A stretch of DNA of 64,000 nt from Pyrinomonadaceae bacterium. Its GTDB lineage: Bacteria; Acidobacteriota; Blastocatellia; Pyrinomonadales; Pyrinomonadaceae. Below are positions 20,023 to 29,787 of the stretch, in pieces. Location: the NCBI GenBank assembly GCA_041751195.1, contig JBGSXX010000002.1:35839-99838 (forward strand), read 5' to 3'. Numbering within the stretch: position 1 is the stretch's first letter; each line of letters begins with the position of its first letter. The notes beneath the pieces are model-generated. The model made no database searches. It had not been told where the DNA came from and worked only from the letters and a program-made list of their open reading frames with translations. Position numbers and translations under genes: made by a program.

Positions 20023-20574
20023 TCAGGAGCGGTCGTAAAAGCTGAGGCGCGTTTCGCCTTGTTTGAGAATGCGCCAGCGCCGCATTTCGCCCCGCTCGTC
20101 CGGCAGCGGGTTCTTGCCATGGTGTTCGACGATAAGAAGTCCGCCTTCGCGAAGAAGCGAGCTTTTTGCATGGCCAAATTCGTGCAAAACGAGCGAATAA
20201 TCCAAAGCGTAAGGGGGGTCGAAATACACTATGTCCCAGCCAGTGGGGTGTGCGCGGCCCGCGAAGTTTTCGGCGGTGAGCGCGAGCACCTCGGTTTGCT
20301 CCTCGGGGATGTCGAGGAGGTCGAGGTTTTCTTCGATCAGCGCACAGGCTCGCCGCGATTTATCGACGAAGGTGACATGCTCGGCTCCGCGTGAGAGTGC
20401 TTCGATGCCGATGGCTCCGCTGCCGGCGCATAGATCGAGAAATCGGGCATCGGCGACGCGCGGAGCGAGGACGTTGAAAACGGTTTCGCGAAGGCGATCG
20501 GATGTCGGGCGGGTCTTATGGTCGGAGGGGCTTTTGAGCACCCGGCCGCGGTATGTTCCGGCGATAACGCGCAT
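20023..20574 (-). CDS. rsmD: 16S rRNA (guanine966-N2)-methyltransferase
   Basis: 183 aa. MRVIAGTYRGR..., PTSDRLRETVFN, DLCAGSGAIGIEALSRGA and the DPPY motif. Confidence 0.9.
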   Translation of the reverse strand: MRVIAGTYRGRVLKSPSDHKTRPTSDRLRETVFNVLAPRVADARFLDLCAGSGAIGIEALSRGAEHVTFVDKSRRACALIEENLDLLDIPEEQTEVLALTAENFAGRAHPTGWDIVYFDPPYALDYSLVLHEFGHAKSSLLREGGLLIVEHHGKNPLPDERGEMRRWRILKQGETRLSFYDRS

Positions 20575-20578
20575 TTAG

Positions 20579-22900
20579 TTAGCCTATCTCAGCAAGCTTG
20601 AATTTCGCATCGCGGTCGACCTTTTCGATCAGTTTGGAGGTTTCAGCGGTCAAGCGTTTTTCGCCGAGGTAAGTTTCGGCTTCGGCCCGGGCTGCCTCGA
20701 GTATTTCGTAATCTCGGATGATATTGGCGAGTTTGAACATTTGAATACCCGATTGGCGTGTCCCGAGTATCTCACCTTGGCCGCGGATTTCAAGGTCTTT
20801 TTCTGCGATCTTAAAGCCGTCGCTGGTTTCTTCCATTATACCGAGGCGTTCTTTGGCGACGGCGGTTTTTTTGTCGCCGGTGAGCAGCACGCAGAAGCTT
20901 TCGTCGGTTCCGCGGCCTACGCGGCCGCGAAGCTGGTGGAGTTGAGAGAGGCCGAAGCGTTCGGCATGCTCGATGACCATAAGGGATGCGTTGGGGACGT
21001 CGACGCCGACCTCGATGACAGTGGTGGATACGAGGACGTCGATCTCCCCGGTCACGAACCGCTGCATCACATCGTCCTTTTCGGCAGGTTTCATCTTGCC
21101 GTGGAGGAGGCCGACGCGGCGATGCGGGAAGACGCGGTCGCGGAGTTCTTCGAACATCTTGGTCGCCGCTTTGAGGTCGACCTTTTCCGATTCCTCGATG
21201 AGCGGATAGACGACGTAGGTCTGCCGGCCCTTGGCAAGCTCGCGCTCGATGCCTTTGTAGACGCCGATACGTTTGTCTTCACCCGCGACGACGGTCTTGA
21301 TGGGGGTGCGACCGGGCGGGAGTTCATCGATGATGGAGACGTCGAGATCGCCGTAGACGGTCATGGCAAGCGAACGCGGGATGGGTGTTGCGGTCATCAC
21401 AAGAACGTCGGGATTCAGGCCGTGACGTTTTAGCTCGGCACGCTGGAGAACGCCGAAGCGGTGCTGCTCATCGATGACGGCGAGGCCGAGGTTTTCGAAT
21501 TCGATCGTGTCTTGAATGAGTGCGTGGGTACCGATGACGATCTGAGCGGTGCCATTGCGGATCTCGTCGTGGATGCGACGCTTTTCGGCGGCGCGGGTGC
21601 TTCCGGTGAGAACGGCGACGCTGTAGCCGGTGCTGGCGAACATCGCGGAGGCGTTGCGCGCGTGTTGTTCGGCTAGTATCTCAGTGGGCGCCATAAGGGC
21701 TGACTGATAGCCGTTCTCGGCCGCAGCAAACATCGCAATGAACGCGACGATCGTTTTGCCGCTCCCTACGTCGCCTTGTACGAGGCGGTTCATGGGAGCG
21801 TCGGACGTCATGTCGTCCATTATTCGGCGGACGACGCGTTTTTGTGCGTCAGTGAGCTTGAATGGAAGCCAGTCGGCGACGCGTTTTTTGAAAGCATCGG
21901 TGATCTCGATGACGGTGCCCTTTGGTTCTTTTTTGCGTTTGCCGCGAATCAGCTGGAGGGAGAAGCTGAGCCAGAAAAATTCTTCGAAAATGAGTCGGCG
22001 GTGGGCGGAGCTTCGGAACATTTCGTAATCGGCGACGGATGCGTCGTCGGGTGGGAAGTGGATCTCACGGATGGCGGCGGATCGGGATATTAAGTTATTG
22101 CGTTTGATGAGTTCGGCGGGGAGATGTTCGTCGATGCTGGTGACGTCGAGCTTCTCTAAGACGGCAAAGATCACCTCGCGGAGTCGTTTTGTTTGGAACG
22201 GGCCAAGTTTGCGGTAGATCGGGACGCGGCGGGCGGTGTGAACGGTGGCGAATTCGGGGCTTTCGATGTCGGCTTCGAGGCCGTCGTCATCGCTGCTGGT
22301 TTTGGTTACTGGGGTTTCCGCGGGTGTTTCGGGGGCTTCGGTCTTTAAAAGGCCGAAAGCGTCGGGGTCGGAATCGAGAGGCAGCAGTTCAAGCTCTTCG
22401 GGTTTTGTCACCTTGAGAGAAAAGGTGTTGCGTTTGCCGTCCCATTCCCACTTACCGTGGGCGACGAAGCGAGTTCCGCGTTTGAATCGTTCAACGTAGT
22501 ATCCAATGGCGTGCTTCGCCGTTTTTCCGGAGAGAAACCAGAGGACGACGACGGGCTTCTGGGTTCGTTCGCGATCGCTGGCGGTGACCTCGAAAATATA
22601 GAGGGGCGGCTGTTTCGGATGCCGGTTCTTGCCCACCTGAAACCCGCCTGAGACGCGGACGAAGAGTTCTACGGACGCTTCAATGCCGTCGTAGAGCTGA
22701 TCGATGCCGATGAAGTTTGAGCGATCCTCGTGACGTGCGGGGAAGTAGCCGAGGAGATCTTCGACGGTCACCTCGGTCAGGTCTGGGCGGCCGGCGTGTT
22801 TTGATAGGGCAGCGGCGAGCTTTCTTGCGAGTCCTGCCGAAAGATTGGCGATGCCGTGGCTGCTAAGTTCGACGACCTGTGTTTTGAGGGTAAGCTTCAT
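20579..22900 (-). CDS. recG: ATP-dependent DNA helicase RecG
   Basis: ORF 20579..22933 (TTG); I preferred the ATG at 22900 (MKLTLKTQ). Wedge domain, Walker A GDVGSGKT, DEQHRFG and helicase C-terminal motifs. Confidence 0.9.
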   Translation of the reverse strand: MKLTLKTQVVELSSHGIANLSAGLARKLAAALSKHAGRPDLTEVTVEDLLGYFPARHEDRSNFIGIDQLYDGIEASVELFVRVSGGFQVGKNRHPKQPPLYIFEVTASDRERTQKPVVVLWFLSGKTAKHAIGYYVERFKRGTRFVAHGKWEWDGKRNTFSLKVTKPEELELLPLDSDPDAFGLLKTEAPETPAETPVTKTSSDDDGLEADIESPEFATVHTARRVPIYRKLGPFQTKRLREVIFAVLEKLDVTSIDEHLPAELIKRNNLISRSAAIREIHFPPDDASVADYEMFRSSAHRRLIFEEFFWLSFSLQLIRGKRKKEPKGTVIEITDAFKKRVADWLPFKLTDAQKRVVRRIMDDMTSDAPMNRLVQGDVGSGKTIVAFIAMFAAAENGYQSALMAPTEILAEQHARNASAMFASTGYSVAVLTGSTRAAEKRRIHDEIRNGTAQIVIGTHALIQDTIEFENLGLAVIDEQHRFGVLQRAELKRHGLNPDVLVMTATPIPRSLAMTVYGDLDVSIIDELPPGRTPIKTVVAGEDKRIGVYKGIERELAKGRQTYVVYPLIEESEKVDLKAATKMFEELRDRVFPHRRVGLLHGKMKPAEKDDVMQRFVTGEIDVLVSTTVIEVGVDVPNASLMVIEHAERFGLSQLHQLRGRVGRGTDESFCVLLTGDKKTAVAKERLGIMEETSDGFKIAEKDLEIRGQGEILGTRQSGIQMFKLANIIRDYEILEAARAEAETYLGEKRLTAETSKLIEKVDRDAKFKLAEIG

Positions 22901-23059
22901 CGATGAGCAGCGGAGCGCCCGCCGTCGAAACAATTCTAGACGCGAAGGGGGGTATCGGCAAGAACGTGCCGATCAGGCGCAAAAAAGCGGAAACAAACTG
23001 CTCGCGGTTTGTTTCCGATCAATAGAGGAGAAATGCCCTCGCCCTTGTACGTATTCGTG

Positions 23060-23323
23060 CTATGCCAGTTCGGCAACGTGCTTGGTCAAACGCGATTTAT
23101 ATCTTGCAGCGGTGTTCTTATGCAGAATTCCTTTGTTCACGGCTTTGTCTATAAGAGACACCGTCGGGTTCAGAAGTTCTACACTCGCACTTTGATCAGC
23201 ACCGCCGATCGCCGTACGGAGTTTTTTGATCTGAGTACGAAGTTTGCTGCGGTTGTTGCGGTTGACCGCTTTACGCTTGGTATTTTGTCGTATTCGCTTT
23301 TCAGCTGATTTATGATTTGCCAT
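23060..23323 (-). CDS. rpsT: 30S ribosomal protein S20
   Basis: The C-terminal 87 aa of ORF 23060..23617 start MANHKSAEKRIRQNTKRKAVNR, a typical S20 N-terminus. The longer ORF would overlap the upstream J-domain gene. Confidence 0.9.
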   Translation of the reverse strand: MANHKSAEKRIRQNTKRKAVNRNNRSKLRTQIKKLRTAIGGADQSASVELLNPTVSLIDKAVNKGILHKNTAARYKSRLTKHVAELA

Positions 23324-23385
23324 CGCTAAACTATATATTCCTGTTGATTCCCATTTATTGAGAAACTCCAAAGTATAGGGGGCGG

Positions 23386-24225
23386 TTAGCTCAAAGTCAA
23401 GTGGGACGTCTGTGTTTCCAGGCGGGTGGCGAACGAGTGCATTAGGTCCACCAGGAGAACAAAGATGGGAGGATAAAGGATCATCTCGGGAAGCGGACTT
23501 TCTGCAAAAATGAACTCGTCGAGTAGGACGGACCTGATCTCGATGTTGTAGCCGATGACGAGCCCTAGACCAAAACAGATGAAGACACCGAAAACGATCA
23601 TTGCCGCTGCGGTCCACCGGGACATTGACTTGGGCGCTGGTTCGTTCCCCTCGAAAATCGAGTCGTGAAGGTCGGCTGCGTCAAAGGTGTAGCGATTGAG
23701 CCCGTCGCGAATTCGGGATACGAGATGGATGGCTCCTGCAACTGCAAGGGAGACCAGAACGATCTTTAGGAGTATTCCATCGGGCGTAGAGAAAACCTGA
23801 GGCCGCACAATGCCTACGATCAGCGTAGAAACGAAGAGAGCGACAATGGGAAAGATCATTCGCTGGAGGTCCATCGACTGGCGGCGCTCTTCCGCGATCA
23901 TACGGTCGATTATCTCGTTGTAACGCTGGTCATAGATCATCTGACGCCAGCGCCTTGCGTGAACGTTGGAGGACGTAAAGACCGAGTCGCCGTTGGAATT
24001 GCCGTTATAGCGTGCGGCGAGGAGTTTTTTGTCGTACTCTGCGCGCTCTTTCGGGTTGCCGAGAATTTCGTACGCTTCGGCAATGGCGGCGAACGCACGA
24101 GCGGTTTGTTCGGAGCCCTCGTTCTTGTCGGGATGAAGCTTGCGCGCGAGCCTACGATAGGCAGACTTGATCTCTACCCGCGAGGCTTTTGGTGAAACTT
24201 TCAATGTCTCGTAGTAATTCACCAT
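23386..24225 (-). CDS. J-domain (DnaJ-like) membrane protein
   Basis: N-terminal J domain YYETLKVSPKASRVEIKSAYRRLARKLHPDKN (HPD motif), followed by several TM helices. Confidence 0.85.
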   Translation of the reverse strand: MVNYYETLKVSPKASRVEIKSAYRRLARKLHPDKNEGSEQTARAFAAIAEAYEILGNPKERAEYDKKLLAARYNGNSNGDSVFTSSNVHARRWRQMIYDQRYNEIIDRMIAEERRQSMDLQRMIFPIVALFVSTLIVGIVRPQVFSTPDGILLKIVLVSLAVAGAIHLVSRIRDGLNRYTFDAADLHDSIFEGNEPAPKSMSRWTAAAMIVFGVFICFGLGLVIGYNIEIRSVLLDEFIFAESPLPEMILYPPIFVLLVDLMHSFATRLETQTSHLTLS

Positions 24226-24323
24226 TCGGACGATTTGCCCAGGGAAGAAGGGGGCTCGGACGTGAAAGAACGCCCCTTCTGAACTACAAAAAGTATAGCA
24301 TAGCCGGTGGGCGGATTTGAAAA

Positions 24324-25628
24324 TTATCGGGCGAACGGAATGCCGAGAGCGGCGATCAGTGCTTGGGCTTTCAAAAGGGATTCCTCGTATTCGCTTTCGG
24401 CGTCGCTGTCGATCACTACGCCCCCGCCGACATTGAAAACTGCGTTGCCGTTTCGGATCACCATTGTACGTATTGCAACGCTCATCTCGATCACAGGGTC
24501 GATACCGGTGAAGCCGGTTGGAATCGACAAACCGATGGCTCCCATTGAAAGGCCGCGCGGCCGGTTTTCTAGTTCGTCAATCAACTCCATCGTCCGAATC
24601 TTGGGTGCACCGGTAATTGATCCACAGGGAAATGAGGCCCGCAGACCATCAGCGAAAGTCGCCTCGGGCCGGAGAGTTCCGGAGATAGTGGAGACAAGGT
24701 GAAACAGCGTTGGATGCTCTTCAATCTCGCAGAGGCTTTCAACCCTTACGCTTCCGAATTTGCAGACGCGGCCGAGATCGTTTCTCAGGAGGTCAACGAT
24801 CATCGTGTTCTCAGCCCGATCTTTGGCACTGGAGCTCAGCCGCGAACGAAGCTGATCATCTTCGGCCCGCGTCGCGCCGCGGCGGATCGTTCCCTTTATC
24901 GGCGACGTTGTGATGACGCCATTCGAAATGCGGAAGAAGCGCTCGGGCGATGCGGACACGACGGTCGAATTTTCGCGGGATATGTAGCCTGAAAAGGCCG
25001 CCGGATGATCATTGCGGAGGCGGGAAAACACGTCCTGCCGCGTGTTGCGTTCCGAGAGTCTAGCAGTTAGCTGCTGAGTGAGGTTCGCTTGATACGTGTC
25101 GCCGCGACGGATGTGTTCGCGAATGTTTTCGACGGCGGCGATATAGCTGTCTCGCGTGAAATTTGATGAAAGCTCGATCTTTCCGACAGGGTGCGACTGG
25201 TATGGCTCTGCGGAAAGGAGCATCTCACTGGGCCGAGTGAGATCACCCTGGCCCGTAAAGAATGTTCGGGCGGTTTGATAATCGTGGACGATAAGAGAGT
25301 CGTAGAGGGCGAGGTATGCGGGCGGCTCATCGACGGGTGATGTTGACCGGACCCGTTTCGCTCTTGATTGAAGGTCAGCGCCGAGATCATACGAGAGGGT
25401 CAGAACGGCCGCATACTCGGTTGACGCAAAGATGTTGGATAGATCCTGTACGATCTGAGACGCGGGGCCCGAAAATTCAGTGATGTTTACTGGGCGAATG
25501 CCGGCGATCAAGTAGCGCGCGCCGCTGTAGGACGAGTCACAGCTGTCAAGAATCGAGACCTGCTCGGTTTTCGATAGAGACAGGAGTTTGCTGATCAACT
25601 CTTCTACAGATAGCGGCAGCGGGATCAT
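24324..25628 (-). CDS. Anthranilate/aminodeoxychorismate synthase component I family protein (PabB-like)
   Basis: ORF 24324..25991. Start taken at the internal ATG 25628 (MIPLPLSVEEL), because the longer form overlaps the divergent permease gene. Chorismate-binding blocks SPERFF, GTIRRG, DRAENTMIVDLLRND, GAPK and GGGVVIDSD. Confidence 0.8.
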   Translation of the reverse strand: MIPLPLSVEELISKLLSLSKTEQVSILDSCDSSYSGARYLIAGIRPVNITEFSGPASQIVQDLSNIFASTEYAAVLTLSYDLGADLQSRAKRVRSTSPVDEPPAYLALYDSLIVHDYQTARTFFTGQGDLTRPSEMLLSAEPYQSHPVGKIELSSNFTRDSYIAAVENIREHIRRGDTYQANLTQQLTARLSERNTRQDVFSRLRNDHPAAFSGYISRENSTVVSASPERFFRISNGVITTSPIKGTIRRGATRAEDDQLRSRLSSSAKDRAENTMIVDLLRNDLGRVCKFGSVRVESLCEIEEHPTLFHLVSTISGTLRPEATFADGLRASFPCGSITGAPKIRTMELIDELENRPRGLSMGAIGLSIPTGFTGIDPVIEMSVAIRTMVIRNGNAVFNVGGGVVIDSDAESEYEESLLKAQALIAALGIPFAR

Positions 25629-25776
25629 TTGATGAAATGGTATCACGCGGCAACATTCTGCCTGAGATTGCGGGTGCCGCAAAAATTCTCCGAACAGGGT
25701 TCCAGGTGTTTCCCATAAGTCGCGTTTTCGCGTAAGATACTGCCAATCTAATCTCCTCACAGTACTTCTAAAAATT

Positions 25777-27306
25777 ATGGCATTGGAAACAAGCGAAAAA
25801 TACAAACTTATCCGCGGCTTAGGGTTGCTCGCCGCCGCGTCGGTGATCATCGGCAACGTTATTGGGACGGGCGTATTCTTTAAGGCCCGGATCATGACTT
25901 GTAACGTCGGATCGGGCGGATGGGTCATCGCGGCGTGGATTGCGGCCGGCTTGCTGGCACTCGCAGGGTCGTTAACGTACGCAGAACTCACCGCGATGAA
26001 GCCGAAGGCGGGTGCGGAGTATGTTTTGCTACGTGACGCGTATGGGCGCGTTTCCAGTTTCCTTTACGGGTGGATGCAGATATTCATCGCGAAGACGGGG
26101 TCAATGGCAGCGTTGGCCGTGGCTTTTGCGATCGTGCTCAATACCTACCTAGATAATGCATTGAGCCAGGTGCTGATGTCGGTTCCGATGTTTGGGACAG
26201 TAATTGAGATAACTGCACTGCAGATCGTCGGGATAATGGTGATCGTTATATTCACCACGTTGAATTCTGCTTCGGTGGTTATCAGCGGACAGATCGCGAC
26301 GGCATTGACATTTGTGAAGATCGCATTGGTGCTGATGGTCGGGCTGGGGGCGTTCGCATTTGTTACCGGCGGCAGTTTTGGGAATTTCGGACTCGATGCT
26401 GCCGGGGCGGCGTGTGCGGATGTAACGGAGTCGCAGCGCTACGGGGCCGCGGGCTATTCATTCTTTGCGGGATTTGCGGCGGCGATGCTCGGTGCTTTGT
26501 GGGGATATGATGGATGGAATCAGCTCACGTTCGTTGCGGGTGAGGTTAAGGATCCGAACCGCAATATCCCGTTGGCGATCATCGGCAGCACGATCTTGAT
26601 CATGGTGCTGTATGTGTTTGTTCACATCGCGTATTTTTATGTGCTTACGCCGGGCGCGATCGCGGCAGTACCCGAAGATGTTGCGGTGGCGCAGGTCGTT
26701 GCCGAACGGTTCTTCGCGGCCGATGGGGCAACGATGCTGGCAGGTGCGGCGGTAGCGATATTTACTGTGGGGCTGATGATCTCGTCGCTCGGGTCATTGC
26801 ATACGTCGATCCTCGCGGGTTCACGGGTGCCTTACGCCATGGCGCAGGACAAGCTGATGTTCGCCCGGTTTGGCCGGCTTTCGGTGAATGGCATTCCGCT
26901 GGCGTCGCTAATATTTCAGGGCATCTGGGCCAGCATACTCACACTTTCGGGGTCGTTTGATACGCTCACTAATTATGTGATCTTTGGATCGTTCATTTTT
27001 TACGGTTTGATCACGTCGTCGGTTTTCCTTTTCAGAAGGCGTTACCCTGATCTTGAACGTCCTTACAAGACGTTTGGGTATCCGGTCGTACCGGTGATCT
27101 TTTTGCTGGTGACGGCTTGGCTGCTGATCCAGACACTTTATGACGAGCCTAGACAGTCGCTGATCGGGATCGGGCTGATCCTTTTGGGACTGCCTTTCTA
27201 TTACTACTTTACGAAGGTCGAAGGCCGTGATCCGGAGCCGGGGCTGCCGGAAGAATACAAGCACGTTGGCCCTGAGGACGAAGATACATCAGATGACCGT
27301 TCTTGA
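25777..27306 (+). CDS. APC family amino acid permease
   Basis: 509 aa with about 12 TM helices. The N-terminal GNVIGTGVFF motif is typical of APC transporters. Confidence 0.85.
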   Translation: MALETSEKYKLIRGLGLLAAASVIIGNVIGTGVFFKARIMTCNVGSGGWVIAAWIAAGLLALAGSLTYAELTAMKPKAGAEYVLLRDAYGRVSSFLYGWMQIFIAKTGSMAALAVAFAIVLNTYLDNALSQVLMSVPMFGTVIEITALQIVGIMVIVIFTTLNSASVVISGQIATALTFVKIALVLMVGLGAFAFVTGGSFGNFGLDAAGAACADVTESQRYGAAGYSFFAGFAAAMLGALWGYDGWNQLTFVAGEVKDPNRNIPLAIIGSTILIMVLYVFVHIAYFYVLTPGAIAAVPEDVAVAQVVAERFFAADGATMLAGAAVAIFTVGLMISSLGSLHTSILAGSRVPYAMAQDKLMFARFGRLSVNGIPLASLIFQGIWASILTLSGSFDTLTNYVIFGSFIFYGLITSSVFLFRRRYPDLERPYKTFGYPVVPVIFLLVTAWLLIQTLYDEPRQSLIGIGLILLGLPFYYYFTKVEGRDPEPGLPEEYKHVGPEDEDTSDDRS

Positions 27307-27616
27307 TGAGAGACGTCAGGCTGAGCGTACGAAATTCAGCAAAGAGATAGAGTGGGCCGGTGCCTCAGGCCGGCTCACAGGGACGATCAGTGACATAGGC
27401 CCGGGTGGCTGTTTTGTGCTGACCGGCGGGATTTATGACGATGGTGAGATCGTGCGACTCTACTTTCCACTGAGTGATGGAATGAATGTTGAGTTTATGG
27501 CTGAGATCTCAAACCATGAGAAGGAGATCGGGTTCGCCGCCAGGTTTGTGGATATGACGAGGTCGCAGCGGGAGTTCCTGAGCAGTTTCATCGAGATGTA
27601 TCAGGACTCGGACTAG
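27293..27616 (+). CDS. PilZ domain protein
   Basis: ORF 27227..27616; I preferred the ATG at 27293 (MTVLDERRQAER). RRxxxR (RRQAER) and D.S.GG-like (DIGPGG) c-di-GMP-binding motifs. Confidence 0.6.
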   Translation: MTVLDERRQAERTKFSKEIEWAGASGRLTGTISDIGPGGCFVLTGGIYDDGEIVRLYFPLSDGMNVEFMAEISNHEKEIGFAARFVDMTRSQREFLSSFIEMYQDSD

Positions 27617-27625
27617 GCGGCGGCC

Positions 27626-29137
27626 TTATTGGTGAGTGAGAGCGTCCAGAGCGACCTCGCGATCGTCGAAGTGAAACTTTTCGTTGCCGACGATCTGATA
27701 AGTTTCGTGCCCCTTGCCGGCAATGATGACCACGTCGTTCTTTTGCGCGACGCTGACCGCTTTGCTGATCGCTTCCCGGCGGTCTGAGATCGACAAGTAT
27801 TCGGTCCCGGTTGCGGCAACACCTACTTCTATCTCGCCAATTATCTTAAGCGGATCCTCAGTTCTCGGATTGTCGGACGTAATGATCACGAAGTCGCTGT
27901 TTGCTCCCGCGGCTTCGCCCATCGGGACCCGTTTCGTTTTGTCTCTATCTCCTCCGCACCCAAATACAGTTATCACGCGACCTTCCGCGAGATCCTTCGC
28001 AGTTTTAAGCGTATTCAGTAGAGCGTCGTCAGTGTGGGCGTAGTCAACGACGACGGCGAAATCGCCGTCGTGGATGACACGTTCGAAACGACCCGGCGCT
28101 CCGGTGCATTTGGCGATCCCTTGTGCGGTGGTGTCCATGCTATAGCCGAGTTCCAGAGCCGCGGCGGACGCGGAGAGGATGTTGTAGACGTGCGGCCGTC
28201 CGACGAGAGGCGAGACGATCTTGTGATCGCCGCTCTCGGTTCTGAGTGTGAATGATGTCCCCGCGAGCAGCGAGACCTCGATGTCGTCGGCGGTTAGATC
28301 GGCACCACCCGTGGGATCATGTGAAGTTGTGATAACCTTCGCCCCGCTTTCACGGAGTTCGATAGCTAAACGCACCCCCCACTCATCGTCGATATTGATG
28401 ACAGATGCTTTTGGTTTGTAGCCAAGCCGCCCGTCAAACAGCTTCTTTTTCGCGTCGAAATAGTTTTCCATCGTGAGATGGTAATCGAGGTGGTCTTGGG
28501 TGAGATTGGTGAAGATCGCGACGCGGAAATTGAGCCAATCGCATCGATTTAAGTCGATCGCCTGCGATGAAGCCTCCATGGCGGCGAACCCGCAACCGTC
28601 GTCGACCGCGGCTCGGAGAAACTTGTTGGTATCACTGGACTCAGGCGTGGTCCGGACCGCTTCCTGCGATCGTTCACCTATACGATATTCCACTGTGGTC
28701 AGCATTGCGGGTCGAACGCCGGCTGCTTCGGCGAGGGCGTAGCATAAGTAGGTGGTGGTGGTTTTTCCATTCGTCCCGGTGATACCGACGAGGTCGAGCT
28801 GCTTAGACGGCTCGCCGTAAATAAGTGCGGCGGCTTTTGCAAGAGAGCGGCGGGCTTCTGTGACCGATATCCAAGTTCCGGCGAAATCAGCAGGCCTCGG
28901 ATTTTCCGAGATCACGCCTACGCATCCTCTTCGCATCACATCGTCGATGAAGCGATGTCCATCAGTAGTCGCACCTTTTACCGCTACGAAAAGCGTTCCC
29001 GGGCGGGCTTGGCGCGAGTCATGCGTGACGTCCGTGACAGTGGCTTCACCGAATTCTTCTAAAACCGACGGGTCGGCGGCGGCATCTAATTTATGGACGA
29101 GGTCGCGGATGGAAACGCTCGGGAATTGACTTTTCAT
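27626..29137 (-). CDS. murE: UDP-N-acetylmuramoyl-L-alanyl-D-glutamate--2,6-diaminopimelate ligase
   Basis: 503 aa. GITGTNGKTTT P-loop and Mur ligase middle and C-terminal domains. The DNPR motif (SDNPRTEDP) indicates meso-DAP specificity. Confidence 0.95.
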   Translation of the reverse strand: MKSQFPSVSIRDLVHKLDAAADPSVLEEFGEATVTDVTHDSRQARPGTLFVAVKGATTDGHRFIDDVMRRGCVGVISENPRPADFAGTWISVTEARRSLAKAAALIYGEPSKQLDLVGITGTNGKTTTTYLCYALAEAAGVRPAMLTTVEYRIGERSQEAVRTTPESSDTNKFLRAAVDDGCGFAAMEASSQAIDLNRCDWLNFRVAIFTNLTQDHLDYHLTMENYFDAKKKLFDGRLGYKPKASVINIDDEWGVRLAIELRESGAKVITTSHDPTGGADLTADDIEVSLLAGTSFTLRTESGDHKIVSPLVGRPHVYNILSASAAALELGYSMDTTAQGIAKCTGAPGRFERVIHDGDFAVVVDYAHTDDALLNTLKTAKDLAEGRVITVFGCGGDRDKTKRVPMGEAAGANSDFVIITSDNPRTEDPLKIIGEIEVGVAATGTEYLSISDRREAISKAVSVAQKNDVVIIAGKGHETYQIVGNEKFHFDDREVALDALTHQ

Positions 29138-29248
29138 AGGTAGTGGTCGTGGGTCAGTGCGTGAAGATTATACGACAGAGCGGGAAATATTTGCACGAAC
29201 ATACGCGAGCAGATAATCGTATAGAATAGAGAACGGAGGTTGAGTCTA

Positions 29249-29512
29249 ATGGGAATAATAAAGTTTCTTCTGGGGGTTTTGGGGCTGATACTCGGTGTTT
29301 ATCTCCTGCTGTGGGTGTTCGGGATCATTTCGGCGCTGCTGTGGTATGGCGTGGTTGTCGGAGTTCTTGCGGCGGTCGGATACGGCGGGTACAAGCTTTT
29401 TCGGAAAGCTGAAGATAAGTCCTTGGGAGCAGGATCGGCTTCGCTTGAGATCGAAGATCGCGATTATTCGATGTCGTGGGAAGAGTACGACCGAAAATAT
29501 CTGAAGAAGTGA
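29249..29512 (+). CDS. Small two-TM membrane protein
   Basis: ORF 29240..29512 (TTG). The ATG at 29249 is 9 nt after GGAGG. Two hydrophobic helices and an acidic tail. Confidence 0.5.
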   Translation: MGIIKFLLGVLGLILGVYLLLWVFGIISALLWYGVVVGVLAAVGYGGYKLFRKAEDKSLGAGSASLEIEDRDYSMSWEEYDRKYLKK

Positions 29513-29565
29513 GCCGCTAGACATTTGGTGGTGGTTTGGCTAAATTCGATAAAGCCGTCCGACGT

Positions 29566-29650
29566 GCCGAGGTGGCGAAATTGGCAGACGCACTAGACTT
29601 AGGATCTAGCGTCGAAAGACGTGCGAGTTCGAGTCTCGCCCTCGGCACCA
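29566..29650 (+). tRNA. tRNA-Leu (anticodon UAG), CCA encoded
   Basis: Hand-folded cloverleaf. Acceptor GCCGAGG/CCTCGGC. Anticodon stem CTAGA/TCTAG with loop CTTAGGA. Long variable arm and T-arm CGAGTTCGAGTCTCG. Confidence 0.9.
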
Positions 29651-29787
29651 TCTTTTTTCCAACGCGTTATCACAGATCATAGGCTGAACCTCAGGGAGGC
29701 ATTGCCTCCCTTCGATGTTTTTAGGGTCGGGTCTAGGCGTTCGCAAATTCGACAATTTTTAGCCCATTCGTTATCCTAAATCGGAAA

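Noticed and set aside
23324-23617. The long N-terminal extension of the rpsT ORF (185 aa in total).
   Set aside because: S20 is about 87 aa and begins at MANHKSAEKR. The extension overlaps the 3' end of the J-domain gene and has no S20-like sequence.
25629-25991. The N-terminal 121-codon extension of the PabB-like ORF.
   Set aside because: It would overlap the divergent amino-acid permease gene (start 25777). The chorismate-utilising enzyme core is complete from the internal ATG at 25628.
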